Of a DNA stretch of 64,000 nucleotides, positions 63,727 through 64,000 are shown piece after piece (position 1 is the stretch's first letter; each line of letters starts with the position of its first letter). Position numbers and translations under genes: made by a program. Origin of the DNA: an archaeon (GTDB lineage: Archaea; Nanobdellota; Nanobdellia; Pacearchaeales; GW2011-AR1). The notes beneath the pieces are model-generated. The model was not told where the DNA came from, did not search any database, and was given only the letters and a program-made list of their open reading frames with translations. Location: positions 84,563-148,562 of the forward strand of contig JABIDS010000009.1 in NCBI GenBank assembly GCA_018651605.1, read 5' to 3'.

Positions 63727-64000
63727 TTATTCCCTATCTTCTGCGCAACAGATTAAAGAGTTCATGCAATTTTCAACGCAACCTAAGTTTTTTTCGTTTT
63801 CATTGCATTCTAAATCAAATGATTTGTCTACTATTCTTCCGCCTTCTACTGTGCATTCTGCGATTGTGATTATGTTTTCATCTACGACTTCCCAGTCATT
63901 TATGTAGATTAATTCTTTTTCTTCTTTATTATCTACGCTTACTACAAAACATCCTGGGCATTCTACGGGGTTTATGTTTTCTATTGTTGGTGGGTCTTGG
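63727..64000 (-). CDS. cysteine-rich hypothetical protein (3' part; 5' end outside window)
   Basis: Hand-translated open frame ...ECPGCFVVSVDNKEEKELIYINDWEVVDENIITIAECTVEGGRIVDKSFDLECNENEKNLGCVENCMNSLICCAEDRE, with the stop at 63727-63729. Absent from the track because no start codon lies in the window. Confidence 0.5.
   Translation of the reverse strand, partial: QDPPTIENINPVECPGCFVVSVDNKEEKELIYINDWEVVDENIITIAECTVEGGRIVDKSFDLECNENEKNLGCVENCMNSLICCAEDRE

Overview
The window is a visibly AT-rich archaeal chromosome segment. Archaeal markers include TBP, a thermosome subunit, an ATP-dependent DNA ligase, uS10, a RecJ/GAN-like DHH nuclease and tRNA-Tyr with a C1-G72 pair. TATA boxes sit about 26 nt upstream of many ATG codons, which implies leaderless mRNAs. 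Gene content resembles a reduced DPANN-type genome (inference): many membrane or secreted orphans, nucleases, proteases and a giant FG-GAP adhesin. No rRNA genes or CRISPR arrays were found; there are two tRNAs (Asp-GUC, Tyr-GUA). Three things stand out. (1) A dispersed mosaic intergenic repeat family has four 255-316 bp copies, all on the + strand, plus fragments. Its hairpins keep their pairing through compensatory base changes and carry a conserved bulged T. (2) A ~14.8 kb integrated element lies at the 3' end of tRNA-Tyr (35808-50584). It is bounded by a 12-bp direct repeat. It carries a tyrosine integrase, several ribbon-helix-helix (RHH) and HTH regulators, a 709-aa putative replication protein with a GTGTCAG iteron array inside its coding region, a secreted DNase I-like nuclease, a metzincin and two restriction-endonuclease-fold proteins. 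(3) The + strand is G+T-rich at third codon positions whatever the gene orientation. This exposes the island and a set of small orphan genes as compositional outliers. All function calls rest on motifs read from the supplied translations; no database search was possible.
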